DNA of 64,000 nucleotides from Candidatus Nanoarchaeia archaeon (GTDB lineage Archaea; Nanobdellota; Nanobdellia; SCGC-AAA011-G17; GW2011-AR18): contig DATDWR010000022.1 of the NCBI GenBank assembly GCA_035289605.1, forward strand, positions 45,295-109,294, read 5' to 3'. This document shows positions 45,554 to 55,879 of the stretch, piece after piece. The translations under genes and the position numbers were made by a program. Under the pieces are notes generated by a model, which saw only the letters and a list, made by a program, of their open reading frames with translations, did no database searches and was not told the DNA's origin. The first letter of the stretch is position 1. Each line of letters opens with the position of its first letter.

Positions 45554-48044
45554 CAAAGAAATGAAAAAAGAATTTAAAATTATAGCTCAGAAAGAGCCAC
45601 AAAAATATTATCCGACTGAAACACTAAAAAATTTAGATTTTAAAAGAAAGAAGTGTAGTAAATGTGGAACATTCTTTTGGACAACAACAGAAAGAATAAT
45701 TTGTGATGATCCTCAATGTTCTGGAGGATTTAGATTTTTAGGAAAAACACCAGCAAAAAACAAATTAGAATATCTAGAAGTCTGGGAAAAATTTTCAAAA
45801 ACTTTTAAGAAGTTTGGATATACACCAATTAAAAGAATGCCCGTAGTTGCAAGATGGAATCCTTCTGTTGATTTTACTATAGCAAGCATAACTGCATTTC
45901 AACCATTTGTAGTTTCAGGAGAAGTTAAACCTCCAGTTAATCCATTAGTTATACCTCAAGTTTGTTTAAGGTTTTCCGACGTAGACAATATCGGAGTGAC
46001 AGGTCACTTTGTAGGATTTATTATGATGGGGCAACATTGTTTTGTTCCGCCAAAAGATTATAATACAAATAAATATCTAGAAGAGATTTATAATTGGTTA
46101 AATAAAGGCTTAGGAATTCCAAAAAATGAGTTAACGTTCCATGAAGATGCTTGGGCTGGTGGAGGAAATTTTGGGAGTAGTATAGAATTTTTCTCAAGAG
46201 GTTTAGAATTGGGCAATCAAGTATATATGCAATATGAACAAGCACAAACAGGATATAAAGAGCTGCCAATTAAAGTCTTAGATATGGGTGCTGGTCAAGA
46301 AAGAGCCGCGTGGTTTACCCAAGGAGAAGGAACTTCTTATGATGCTGCATTTCCAACGGTTTGTAATTCCCTTTACAAGTTAACAGGATTATGGCCGGAA
46401 AAAGATCTAACAAAAAGATTTTTGCCTTTAGCCAGCTATTTGAATGTTGATGAGGTTGAGGATTTGGAAAAATCTTGGAGAATAATTAGCAAGAAGATTG
46501 AAATGAATGTTGAAATTTTAAAGCAGAAAATTCTTCCTCTAAGTGAGTTATATAGTATAGGCGAGCATAGTCGCAGTTTGCTTTTCGCGTTAAATGATGG
46601 AGCTTTGTTCAGTAATTCTGGCGGTGGTTATAATTTGAGAATGCTTGCAAGAAGGTGTTTTAATTTTATAGAAAAAAATAACTGGCAGATTAGTTTGCCT
46701 GAGGTTTGTGAGTGGCATGCTAAATATTTGAAGAAGCAGTATCCGGAAGTAACTGAGAATTTAGCTGAGGTCAGAAAACTTCTTGACGTTGAAAAGTTTA
46801 AGTATGATTCTACAAAGCAAAAGTCTAAAGAGATTGTTGAGAAAATTATTAAAAATAAGGAGAATGTGACTGCTGACAAGCTGATTGAACTATATGACAG
46901 CAATGGTATTCAACCTGAAGTTATAAAAGAAGAATTAAATAAAGTTAACGTAAACATTAAAGTTCCTGATAATTTTTATAGCTTGGTCGCAGGCAGGCAC
47001 GAAAATAAGGAACAAGTTCACGCAACAGTAAAGGAGATAAATATTAGTTTGGATAATCTTCCTGAAACAAAAACATTATATTATAAGGACTATAAGTTAA
47101 GTGAATTTGACGCAAAAGTTCTCAAATCTCAAGGCCCTTATCTAGTTCTTGATCAGACAGTTTTCTACCCCACTTCAGGAGGCCAGCTTCATGACGTTGG
47201 TGTGATCAACAATTTAAAAGTTTTAGATGTTGTTAAGCAGGGAAAGATTATAGTTCATGTTCTAGAAAATAATACTCTTAAAGAAGGTGAAAAGGTTCAC
47301 GGCAAGATAGATTATGATAGAAGAATACAGCTAGCTCAGCACCACACTTCCACTCATATAATTAATGCAGCTGCAAGAGATGTTCTCGGTAAGCATGTTA
47401 ATCAAGCAGGCGCTAAGAAGACTTTGGAAAAAGCCCATATTGATATTACTCACTATCAGAGTTTGTCAGATGAAGAATTGAAGAAAATTGAAAAAGAAGC
47501 TAATAAAATAATTAAGGATGGAATTGGAATAAATAAAAGTTTTATGCCAAGGGAAGCAGCTGAAAAGAAATATGGTTTTGTTATTTATCAGGGAGGTGTT
47601 CCTATAGGTAAAGAGTTGCGTATAGTAGATATCAAAGGAATTGATGTTGAAGCTTGCGGTGGTACTCATTTGGATAATACTAAGGAAGCTGTAAAAATAA
47701 AGATTTTAAAATCTACTAAGATTTCAGATTCTATTGTCCGTATTGAGTTTGTTGCTGGAAAGAAAGCTTCTGAAGAGGAGCACAAGGAGAAGAATACTAT
47801 AAATGAATTAGCCAAATTATTGTATTGCAAACCTTCTCAAGTACCCTTTAGAGTTGAAGAATTATTTAATCTTTGGAAAGATGTTGTCAAGAAGAATAAG
47901 CCTTTCGAGTTTGTATTGATAAGCAATAATGAATTTCATGGTGACATTATTTCTAAGTCATGCGAAATTTTGAAGACTCAGCCTGAGCATTTGGTTAATA
48001 CTGTTATTAGATTTATTAAAGAAATTAAGGATAAGAAACATTAA
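45543..48044 (+). CDS. alaS: Alanyl-tRNA synthetase (archaeal type)
   Basis: 833 aa. Class II AlaRS catalytic core, editing-domain Zn motif …HHTSTHIINAAARDVLG…, and C-terminal …CGGTH…. Confidence 0.9.
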   Translation: MLSDKEMKKEFKIIAQKEPQKYYPTETLKNLDFKRKKCSKCGTFFWTTTERIICDDPQCSGGFRFLGKTPAKNKLEYLEVWEKFSKTFKKFGYTPIKRMPVVARWNPSVDFTIASITAFQPFVVSGEVKPPVNPLVIPQVCLRFSDVDNIGVTGHFVGFIMMGQHCFVPPKDYNTNKYLEEIYNWLNKGLGIPKNELTFHEDAWAGGGNFGSSIEFFSRGLELGNQVYMQYEQAQTGYKELPIKVLDMGAGQERAAWFTQGEGTSYDAAFPTVCNSLYKLTGLWPEKDLTKRFLPLASYLNVDEVEDLEKSWRIISKKIEMNVEILKQKILPLSELYSIGEHSRSLLFALNDGALFSNSGGGYNLRMLARRCFNFIEKNNWQISLPEVCEWHAKYLKKQYPEVTENLAEVRKLLDVEKFKYDSTKQKSKEIVEKIIKNKENVTADKLIELYDSNGIQPEVIKEELNKVNVNIKVPDNFYSLVAGRHENKEQVHATVKEINISLDNLPETKTLYYKDYKLSEFDAKVLKSQGPYLVLDQTVFYPTSGGQLHDVGVINNLKVLDVVKQGKIIVHVLENNTLKEGEKVHGKIDYDRRIQLAQHHTSTHIINAAARDVLGKHVNQAGAKKTLEKAHIDITHYQSLSDEELKKIEKEANKIIKDGIGINKSFMPREAAEKKYGFVIYQGGVPIGKELRIVDIKGIDVEACGGTHLDNTKEAVKIKILKSTKISDSIVRIEFVAGKKASEEEHKEKNTINELAKLLYCKPSQVPFRVEELFNLWKDVVKKNKPFEFVLISNNEFHGDIISKSCEILKTQPEHLVNTVIRFIKEIKDKKH

Positions 48045-48413
48045 TTTTTAAAATTATGAACTTGTAAATTCCTCAAATGAGATTTAATCCAGATTTTAAT
48101 CTCCTGAATCGACTTCTCATCTTTAGCTATATAAATAATAAAGTTTTCAGCATTTTTATAATCTATATCTAATGTTAACATATAAAAAGCTAAAAACATC
48201 TGAGCAACCATATGAGCAATTCTTTTATTTCCGTCATTAAAAGCGTGTTTTGTGGCAAATTCTTTGTAGCATAACAGATGCAATTTCAACAGGATCTGAA
48301 TTATTCTGAATTTTCTTAATAATTTTATGAATAATATAATAAAGAGTTCCCTTATCTCTAACTCCAAATACTTTATAATTTTGTGAAGAATTACTAATTA
48401 TATAATCATGCAT
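48041..48413 (-). pseudogene. doc: Doc (death-on-curing/Fic-family) toxin gene interrupted by a frameshift
   Basis: N-terminal part (ATG at 48413, MHDYIISNSSQNYKVFGVRDKGTLYYIIHKI…ICHKTRF*) and C-terminal part carrying the Doc motif HAFNDGNKRIAHMV are in different frames. They join near an A-run (ccacaaaacacgc). Confidence 0.5.
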
Positions 48414-48713
48414 GGTAATTATATTTTCAAAGAATATTTACTCCAAAGATTTCATTGGCTCAATGCTTCGCGAGTGCATCAAAAAGCTTTTTATCTTTAT
48501 TATAGATAAATCTGCACAAATCAAGCAAATAACCCCTATCCTTTAACTTTTCTAGTAAATCCGATTGGTTTCTTTTTATCATAGAAAGTCTATAGATATA
48601 AGTATATTTAAACATTACTATGTATTTTGTGTTTTTATTAAAGAAATTAAGGATAAGAAGAATAAAATTAATTTATTTTTTGCGCATTAATTCAAGATCA
48701 AGAAGTTTAAGGC

Positions 48714-48944
48714 TTATCTTCTTCTGGGAACTTCTATGCTGTAAATAAAATTATCGCCTGCTCTATGAATAATATAAACTCCTAGCTTTCCTTTAAGCTT
48801 TTCATCATCTAATAATTGTAGATAATAACCAGCCAATAATTCTCCATCAATATAAACTTGGGTAATTATTAATTCATCATCATCTATGCATGAAGCTGGA
48901 AGAGTTTTTACTTTAACACCTTTCAAATTAGCTAACACATCCAC
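48714..48944 (-). CDS. Hypothetical small protein
   Basis: 76-aa ORF, no motif. Confidence 0.25.
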   Translation of the reverse strand: MDVLANLKGVKVKTLPASCIDDDELIITQVYIDGELLAGYYLQLLDDEKLKGKLGVYIIHRAGDNFIYSIEVPRRR

Positions 48945-49047
48945 TACTCTTACTGCAGTTCCGGGAGGACTGTCAACATGTGCAGTTCTATTAAGAAATA
49001 ATTTGTCTTCTAATGTGATTTCCTTGTTAATTCTTTTTCTCTTGCCA

Positions 49048-49524
49048 TTATCTGAGATATTTTGTTACTGTATCTGGAAGTTCATTAATTACTTCAAATT
49101 TTCCAGTTTTTAAGTCTCTTTGTACCCATGTTCCGTCTCTAAGCTTGCCGTAGAATGTTCTGTGTTCTACTTTTGCTCTTCCTTGGTCATCAAAACCTGT
49201 CAAGCTTCCAACTAGTACATGAGGGTTTTCTGCGCCTCTGCAGTCATTTATGTAAACTGGAAATGCTTTACTTGGTATCATGTTTCCATAATTGTCAACT
49301 GCCCCACCCTCTTCTACTGGAACAGCTTTGAAATTGCATTCTCTTGAAGTAGGATCATATTCTAATCTCCCATCGGTAAAAGTTTGTGTATCTCCTGTGG
49401 CTAGATCTGTTAATTGCAAGTCAAATCTTATTTTTTTAGAAGGTTCAGTTGTTGCGCATGCATCTATGCCTAAAGCAGCTCCTGCAACAAGTACCATTGA
49501 TGTTAATGTGTTTTTCATTGCCAT
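49048..49524 (-). CDS. Secreted lipoprotein-like protein (composition atypical)
   Basis: 158 aa. Signal peptide with a lipobox-like …GAALGIDAC. G/D/T/R-rich, unlike the K/N/I-rich genome average. Confidence 0.45.
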   Translation of the reverse strand: MAMKNTLTSMVLVAGAALGIDACATTEPSKKIRFDLQLTDLATGDTQTFTDGRLEYDPTSRECNFKAVPVEEGGAVDNYGNMIPSKAFPVYINDCRGAENPHVLVGSLTGFDDQGRAKVEHRTFYGKLRDGTWVQRDLKTGKFEVINELPDTVTKYLR

Positions 49525-49686
49525 CTTTAAATTGTAACTACTTAATAATAGATATTGATTATCACTACTTATTTATAAAGCTTTCGGTAAATATGGAATT
49601 TGTTGTCAGTTTAATAGAAATTTTTATAAGCATATTCCAAATTCCACAAAGTGTTCTAAAAAAAGTTAGGAGGTAGAATAACAAAA

Positions 49687-51330
49687 ATGGCGCAAAATCA
49701 ACCAATTTTCATTTTAGCTGAAGGTTCGCAAAGAACTCAAGGCAGGGATGCTCAAAGAAATAATATCATGGCAGCTAAATTAGTTGCTGAAACAGTAAGG
49801 ACTACCTTAGGTCCTAAGGGCATGGACAAGATGCTGGTTGATTCTCTAGGTGATATCATTGTTACTAATGATGGAGTTACTATACTTCAGGAAATGAAGA
49901 TCGAGCATCCTGCAGCAAAGATGGTTGTTGAGGTTGCTAAAACCCAGGAAAAAGAAGTTGGTGACGGCACAACTACAGCAGTTATTCTTGCTGGTGAATT
50001 GTTAAAAAATGCAGAATTATTATTAGATAAAGAGATTCATCCTACTGTTATAACTAAAGGTTATAGGATGGCTGCTGAGAAATCTCAGGATGTTCTAAAT
50101 AATATTGCTGAAGATGTTAGCCTAAAAGATATTAACACTCTAAAAAATATTGCTATTACTGCAATGACTGGCAAGGGCGCTGAAGTTGCTAAGGAAATTT
50201 TAAGCGATTTGATTATTGATGCAGTAAAGCATGTCATGATCGATAGTGGAAAAGAAATTGTAATTGATGCAGAAAATATAAAATTAGAAAAGAAAGTTGG
50301 TGGTGGTATTGGAGATTCTGAATTGATTGTGGGTATTGTTTTGGATAATGAAAAGGTACATCCTGGAATGCCTGTTGAAGTTAAGGATGCCAAGATTGCT
50401 TTGCTTGATCTTGCTTTGGAAGTTAAGAATACTGAGATAGATGCTAAAATACAGATTACAGATCCTTCTCAGATGCAGGCTTTTATTGATATGGAAGACA
50501 AGATGTTGAATAATATGGTTGAGAAAATTTTCAGATCAGGAGCTAATGTTGTTCTTTGTCAAAAAGGCATTGATGATTTAGCACAGCATTATCTAGCTAA
50601 AAAGGGAATTTATGCAGCTAGAAGAATAAAGAAAAGTGACATGGAAAAGTTAGCTAAGGCTACTGGTGGAAATATGGTTAGTAAGCTGGATGATTTAAGT
50701 GTTAAAGATCTTGGATTTGCTGGCCTTGTTCAGGAGAGAAAGTTTGGTGATGAAAACATGACTTTTGTTACTGAGTGCAAGAAGGCAAAAGCAGTTACTA
50801 TTATTGTTAAAGGCGGGACACAGCATGTTGTTGACGAGGTTGAAAGAGCATTGAAAGATGCAATTGGTGATATAGCAGCATCATTAAAGGAAGGAAAAGT
50901 TGTTGCTGGCGCTGGCAGTTGTGAAGTTGAGGTTGCTCGTAGCTTGAGAAAGTTTGCTAACTCATTGAGTGGAAGGGAGCAGCTTGCTGTTCTTTCATTT
51001 GCAGATGCTTTGGAAGTTATACCTATTACACTAGCAGAAAACGCAGGCCTGGATCCTATTGATACATTAACTGAATTAAAAGCTTCTCATGACAAGGGAT
51101 TGAAGTGGGCTGGCTTGGATGTTTTTAGTGGTAAGGTTGTTGATGCTTGGAAGCGTGGAGTTATAGAGCCTTTGAAGACTAAGACGCAGGCTATTAAGAG
51201 TGCTTCAGAAGTTTGTGATTTGATTCTAAGAATTGACGATGTATTGGCTTCAGGAACTAAATCTGGCGGTATGCCTAGTATGCCTCATGGTCCTGGTGGT
51301 ATGCATCCTGATTTTGGAGGTATGGAATAA
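49687..51330 (+). CDS. ths: Thermosome subunit (group II chaperonin)
   Basis: 547 aa. …[27 protein letters not shown]… and …[16 protein letters not shown]… are group II chaperonin signatures. C-terminal GGM repeats. Confidence 0.9.
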   Translation: MAQNQPIFILAEGSQRTQGRDAQRNNIMAAKLVAETVRTTLGPKGMDKMLVDSLGDIIVTNDGVTILQEMKIEHPAAKMVVEVAKTQEKEVGDGTTTAVILAGELLKNAELLLDKEIHPTVITKGYRMAAEKSQDVLNNIAEDVSLKDINTLKNIAITAMTGKGAEVAKEILSDLIIDAVKHVMIDSGKEIVIDAENIKLEKKVGGGIGDSELIVGIVLDNEKVHPGMPVEVKDAKIALLDLALEVKNTEIDAKIQITDPSQMQAFIDMEDKMLNNMVEKIFRSGANVVLCQKGIDDLAQHYLAKKGIYAARRIKKSDMEKLAKATGGNMVSKLDDLSVKDLGFAGLVQERKFGDENMTFVTECKKAKAVTIIVKGGTQHVVDEVERALKDAIGDIAASLKEGKVVAGAGSCEVEVARSLRKFANSLSGREQLAVLSFADALEVIPITLAENAGLDPIDTLTELKASHDKGLKWAGLDVFSGKVVDAWKRGVIEPLKTKTQAIKSASEVCDLILRIDDVLASGTKSGGMPSMPHGPGGMHPDFGGME

Positions 51331-51370
51331 ATTTTTTAATAGATAACTTTTAATAATTCTCTGCTTATCT

Positions 51371-52621
51371 TTGAATATGTTTGATGCTCATTTCCATGAA
51401 AGATTACCTGAAGATGTTGAAGAAGTTTTAGCATCAGCAGGAATAGAAACTAGAAGACAAGTTTTAGTTGATAGAATAAGAAATAATAAGATTTCTATGG
51501 ATGGCATTCCAATTCCTACTTCTCTATTGCCTAGAGTTTTTCCTGGTAGTTATAGATGTGTTATTGAAGATACTTGCAGAAAAGCTACAGAACAACATTT
51601 CAAATGGCTTTCTTCTCAAACTGATGAGGATGTGTTAAATGGTTTGAAGCTGAATAATGCTTTGGTAAGAGTTGGTGTTCTTAGGAATATACCTGATGTC
51701 CTCACTGGAGTTATTCGTTATGACTTAGCTGTTGTGGGCGAACCTTCAATAAGTAATCCTCCAGTTTTTATTGAACTGAATGCCTTGAATTATCACGGTC
51801 CTGCGTGGAATCATCGTCTGCCTAAAGCATATTTAGAAGCATTTCCAGAACTATCTGATCTTGTTGATTTTCATGATGTAATGTCTGATTTTGATGCAAA
51901 TTTTTCTGAGATTGCTAGAAATAAAAAAGTATTAATGGTTATTGAAGAGGATCCAGAATATGAAGAATATACTACCTTTGCTAACGAGATGGAAGCGAGA
52001 GATTTTCAAGTGCATGTAATATCTGATAATGAAATGAAAGAGGCAGTTAAAGAAAGAAGAATAAAAATGTATCCTGATAGAGCTATATACAATGGCAGGC
52101 ACTACGATATGTTATTCTTAAGAACATATGATGATACTCTAGGTGTTAATAAAAATAGGAGTGTTCTTCGTAATATTGTTCAGTCTGGTGTTCCTATTCA
52201 CGATCATCCTGCTGTTTTGTTGCTTGAAGATAAGCTTAGAGTTGCCAAGCCAGTTACTAGAAGAATGATGAAAATGTTAAAGCACAATCCTGGATCTCAT
52301 GTTTTGAAAAGAAGAATTGGTTCTGGGGGTAGAGGAGTTTACGTTGGTTATAGCATGACTCAAGTTCTTTCCAATATTAATCCGGCAAAATGGTGTATCC
52401 AAGATAGATATGATTTTAATACTACAGAAACCCATCCTACTGACGGTGATAGAAATAAAGCGATTATAGATCTTGCTGCTTATTTTGCTTACAAGTGGGA
52501 AAGAGGAAAAGGCCTTACTAGAGGAAAATTATCTGGTATAATGGTAAGGTCTTCTCAAACTGGTTATGTAGTAAACCTTAGTAGTGGTGGTTGTTTTGTC
52601 CCTGTCTTCTATAAGAAGTAA
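51371..52621 (+). CDS. Hypothetical protein, possibly ATP-grasp-like
   Basis: 416 aa. C-terminal …GIMVRSSQTGYVVNLSSGGCFVPV… is faintly ATP-grasp-like. No firm assignment. Confidence 0.3.
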   Translation: MNMFDAHFHERLPEDVEEVLASAGIETRRQVLVDRIRNNKISMDGIPIPTSLLPRVFPGSYRCVIEDTCRKATEQHFKWLSSQTDEDVLNGLKLNNALVRVGVLRNIPDVLTGVIRYDLAVVGEPSISNPPVFIELNALNYHGPAWNHRLPKAYLEAFPELSDLVDFHDVMSDFDANFSEIARNKKVLMVIEEDPEYEEYTTFANEMEARDFQVHVISDNEMKEAVKERRIKMYPDRAIYNGRHYDMLFLRTYDDTLGVNKNRSVLRNIVQSGVPIHDHPAVLLLEDKLRVAKPVTRRMMKMLKHNPGSHVLKRRIGSGGRGVYVGYSMTQVLSNINPAKWCIQDRYDFNTTETHPTDGDRNKAIIDLAAYFAYKWERGKGLTRGKLSGIMVRSSQTGYVVNLSSGGCFVPVFYKK

Positions 52622-54013
52622 TTATAATTTTTTAATCAAATGTCCTTTTTCTGTGTCATCGACATAGTATCCTTTTTGTTTTATTTTTTCTCTTAGCTCG
52701 TCTGCTAGCTTGAAGTCTTTTTCTTCTCTTGCTTTCTGCCTCTTGTCAGCCAATATTTTAACTTCTTTGGGTATTTTCTGCTCTTTTTCAGGCAGTATTC
52801 CAAAAACTGAGTCTGTTTCTTCCATGAAATTAAGTATATTTTCTGAGTCTTTTTCTGATATTTTTCCTTCTGAAATTAGTTTGTTTGTTTCTTTGATAAA
52901 TTCAAATATTGCTGTTATTGCATTGTGTGTTTCAAAATCATTGTCCATTGCTTTCTCAAAATTTGATTTAGCTCTTTTAATTAGTTCTTTTACATTGGAA
53001 TTATTTTTTGTTTTTGACTTATTATTTCTCAGTCTTAGCATGAACTCGTTTATTTTTTGTACTGAATTTTTTGCTTGTTTCATGCTTTCTTCTGAGAACT
53101 CAAGTGGTTTTCTGTAGTGTGTAGATATCATCATAAATCTTATTGTTTGCTTGTTGTATTTAGTTAGCGCTTCTCTTAACGTCATGAAATTCTCTAGAGA
53201 TTTTGACATTTTTTGTGATCTTACAATTAAAAAGCCTGCATGCATCCAGTATCTTACAAATGGTTTTTTTCCAGACACTGCCTCCATTTGCGCTATTTCT
53301 GCTTCATGGTGTGGAAACATTAAGTCTGTTGCTGCTCCATGTACATCATATTGTGACCCGAATTCTTTTTCAGTTATTGCAGTGTCTTCTATATGCCATC
53401 CTGGACGTCCAGATCCGATATCGACTTCCCAGTATGGTTCATTTTCTTTTCTGAATTTCCATAAGCAAAAGTCTGCTTTGTGTTTTTTCTCTAAGTTTTC
53501 ATCTATTCTAGAAAGAGAGTCTTCTGCTTCTTCCTGTGTTCTTCTTGCTAGTTTTCCATAGTCTTTAAACTTGGAGGCGTCAAAGTAGTATCCGTCGGTT
53601 ATTTTGTATGCGTATCCTTTTTGTATTAGTCTTTTTACTTGTGATATTATTTCCTTTATGTAGTATGTTGCTCTTGCGTATTTGTTTATCGAGTCCACGC
53701 CTGCATTCTTTATATCTAGTATATAGGCTTCTTCATATTTTTTTGCTATTGTTTTCCAGTCTGTTTTTTCTTCTGCTGCCTTCTTTATTGTTTTGTCATC
53801 TATGTCTGTAATGTTTTGTAAGTAAAATACTTTATATCCTTTGTATCTTAAATATTTCACAATTATGTCAAATTGTATGTATGTTTTGGCATTTCCCAAG
53901 TGTATGTAATTATAGACTGTTGGGCCGCATACAAACATTTTTACTTCTTTGCCTTTTATTGGTTTGAAAGCTTCTATCTTTCTGGTTAAAGTATTGTATA
54001 GCTTTAATTCCAT
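52622..54013 (-). CDS. cysS: Cysteinyl-tRNA synthetase
   Basis: 463 aa. …VKMFVCGPTVYNYIHLGNAKTY… (HIGH region) and …KMSKSLENF… (KMSKS). Confidence 0.85.
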   Translation of the reverse strand: MELKLYNTLTRKIEAFKPIKGKEVKMFVCGPTVYNYIHLGNAKTYIQFDIIVKYLRYKGYKVFYLQNITDIDDKTIKKAAEEKTDWKTIAKKYEEAYILDIKNAGVDSINKYARATYYIKEIISQVKRLIQKGYAYKITDGYYFDASKFKDYGKLARRTQEEAEDSLSRIDENLEKKHKADFCLWKFRKENEPYWEVDIGSGRPGWHIEDTAITEKEFGSQYDVHGAATDLMFPHHEAEIAQMEAVSGKKPFVRYWMHAGFLIVRSQKMSKSLENFMTLREALTKYNKQTIRFMMISTHYRKPLEFSEESMKQAKNSVQKINEFMLRLRNNKSKTKNNSNVKELIKRAKSNFEKAMDNDFETHNAITAIFEFIKETNKLISEGKISEKDSENILNFMEETDSVFGILPEKEQKIPKEVKILADKRQKAREEKDFKLADELREKIKQKGYYVDDTEKGHLIKKL

Positions 54014-54406
54014 AGGATTTTAGCATTTGCTCAATTTTTATAGTTTTCTAGTTATATCCTTTGAAAAGAATGACCTGGTATCATAAAGCTTTTATATTCT
54101 TAAAATTTAATTAATCAAAGTTCTCATTAGGAATGCCGCCAAATACTTTAAAGGATATTTACGATAAACTTAGGGGTAATTAGATTTTATTAATAACCAT
54201 GGATTCACTGTTTTTAATTTTTTTAGGAAGACCAAATTAAGATATAGTAAACTACGTAAGTTTTTAGGTGTTGTCTGGTTTACTAACAGTAGACAGCAAA
54301 CATAAAAAACAACTAATTACTTTGTTGGTTGGCTATATTTATAGAATACACTCTAAACCACAGTAAAATTAATAAATGCTCTGCCTGTGTCTGTTAAAGA
54401 GAATAT

Positions 54407-55879
54407 ATGAAGATTTCCCTGTTTACTAAACCTGTAGAAGAATTGCAGACAGAAGCATTAGTTATAGGTGTTTATGAAAAGCTGGACAATTTAGATTTTG
54501 ATAAATACAACGCTATTTCTGATGGTTTGCTTGATGAATTGATTAAAAATAAGGAATTCCAAGGAAAGTTCGGCAAGTTTTCCATGCTTAGGTTAAAGGG
54601 AAATATAAAAAGGCTTGTTCTTGTAGGTCTTGGAAAGCGTGATGAATTTAATCTAGCAAAAGCAAGGGAGATTTCAGGAAAGACAGCAGTTTATGTTAGG
54701 GATAATAACATTAAGGAGTTTAGTTTTGTATTGTTCGATGACTTGAATCCTTTTGACTCTGCGTTTTCAGCAGTGGAGGGAGTAAGGCTTGCTCTTTATT
54801 ATTTTACTGACTTCAAGACCCAGAATTTGGACGAAATAAAAAAGATTGAGCGCTTGACTATTATCGCAAGCGGAAATAATTTTATAGAAATTGATAATGC
54901 CATAAAGGAATCTTTGGTTATTACAGATTCAGTATGTTATGTTAGGGATCTTCAAAATAGGCCTAGTAATGTTGTCACTCCAACTTATCTTGCAAATGAG
55001 GCTGTTAGTCTTGCTAAAAAATTTAGTTTGAAATGTATAGTTTTTGAAAAGAAAGACTTGAAAAAATTTGGGATGGGAGGAATTCTTGCAGTTAATAGGG
55101 GAAGCGATCACCCTCCGAAGCTGATAATTCTTGAATATAATGGCGGGAAGGAAACAATTTGCTTGGTTGGTAAGGGGATAACTTTTGATTCTGGCGGCAT
55201 TTCCTTGAAGTCTTCTAAGGATATGGATGATATGAAGTTTGATATGAGTGGTGGAGCGATAGTTTTGGGTATTATGCAGGCAGCTGCAAGGCTTAAGCTT
55301 CCTTACAAAATAGTTGGCTTAATTCCTTCTACTGAGAACCTTCCAGGGGGTAATGCTTACAAGCCTGGTGACATTATAAAATTTCACAACGGTAAAACTG
55401 CAGAGGTTATAGATACTGATGCTGAAGGAAGATTGGTATTGGCTGATGCCCTAGCTTATACTAAAAAATTTAGTCCAAGTGCAGTTGTTGACTTTGCAAC
55501 TCTTACCGGTGCTTGTGTAGTATCTTTGGGTGATGTTCATACTGGTTTGTTTTCAAATGATGAAGCTTTTGCCAATAAGTTGATTAGTGCTGGTGAAAAA
55601 ACTGGTGAGCTTGTCTGGAGACTTCCTATTCATGATAAATATGCTGAGCACATAAAAAGCAATATTGCTGATTTGAAGAATTGCGGTCCTAGGGATGCTG
55701 GAGCAATTACTGCTGCCATGTTTTTAAGGGAATTTGTTGACTGTAAGAGATGGGCTCATTTGGACATTGCAGGAACAGCCTATACTAAAAATGGCAAAGA
55801 TGTTCTCAAGCCATATGGTGGTACAGGTATTGGTGTAAAATTAGTTGTTGAAATGCTTAAAAATTTGAAAAATAATTAG
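54407..55879 (+). CDS. pepA: Leucyl aminopeptidase (M17 family)
   Basis: 490 aa. …VGKGITFDSGGISLK… and …VIDTDAEGRLVLADAL… are M17 active-site signatures. Confidence 0.85.
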   Translation: MKISLFTKPVEELQTEALVIGVYEKLDNLDFDKYNAISDGLLDELIKNKEFQGKFGKFSMLRLKGNIKRLVLVGLGKRDEFNLAKAREISGKTAVYVRDNNIKEFSFVLFDDLNPFDSAFSAVEGVRLALYYFTDFKTQNLDEIKKIERLTIIASGNNFIEIDNAIKESLVITDSVCYVRDLQNRPSNVVTPTYLANEAVSLAKKFSLKCIVFEKKDLKKFGMGGILAVNRGSDHPPKLIILEYNGGKETICLVGKGITFDSGGISLKSSKDMDDMKFDMSGGAIVLGIMQAAARLKLPYKIVGLIPSTENLPGGNAYKPGDIIKFHNGKTAEVIDTDAEGRLVLADALAYTKKFSPSAVVDFATLTGACVVSLGDVHTGLFSNDEAFANKLISAGEKTGELVWRLPIHDKYAEHIKSNIADLKNCGPRDAGAITAAMFLREFVDCKRWAHLDIAGTAYTKNGKDVLKPYGGTGIGVKLVVEMLKNLKNN

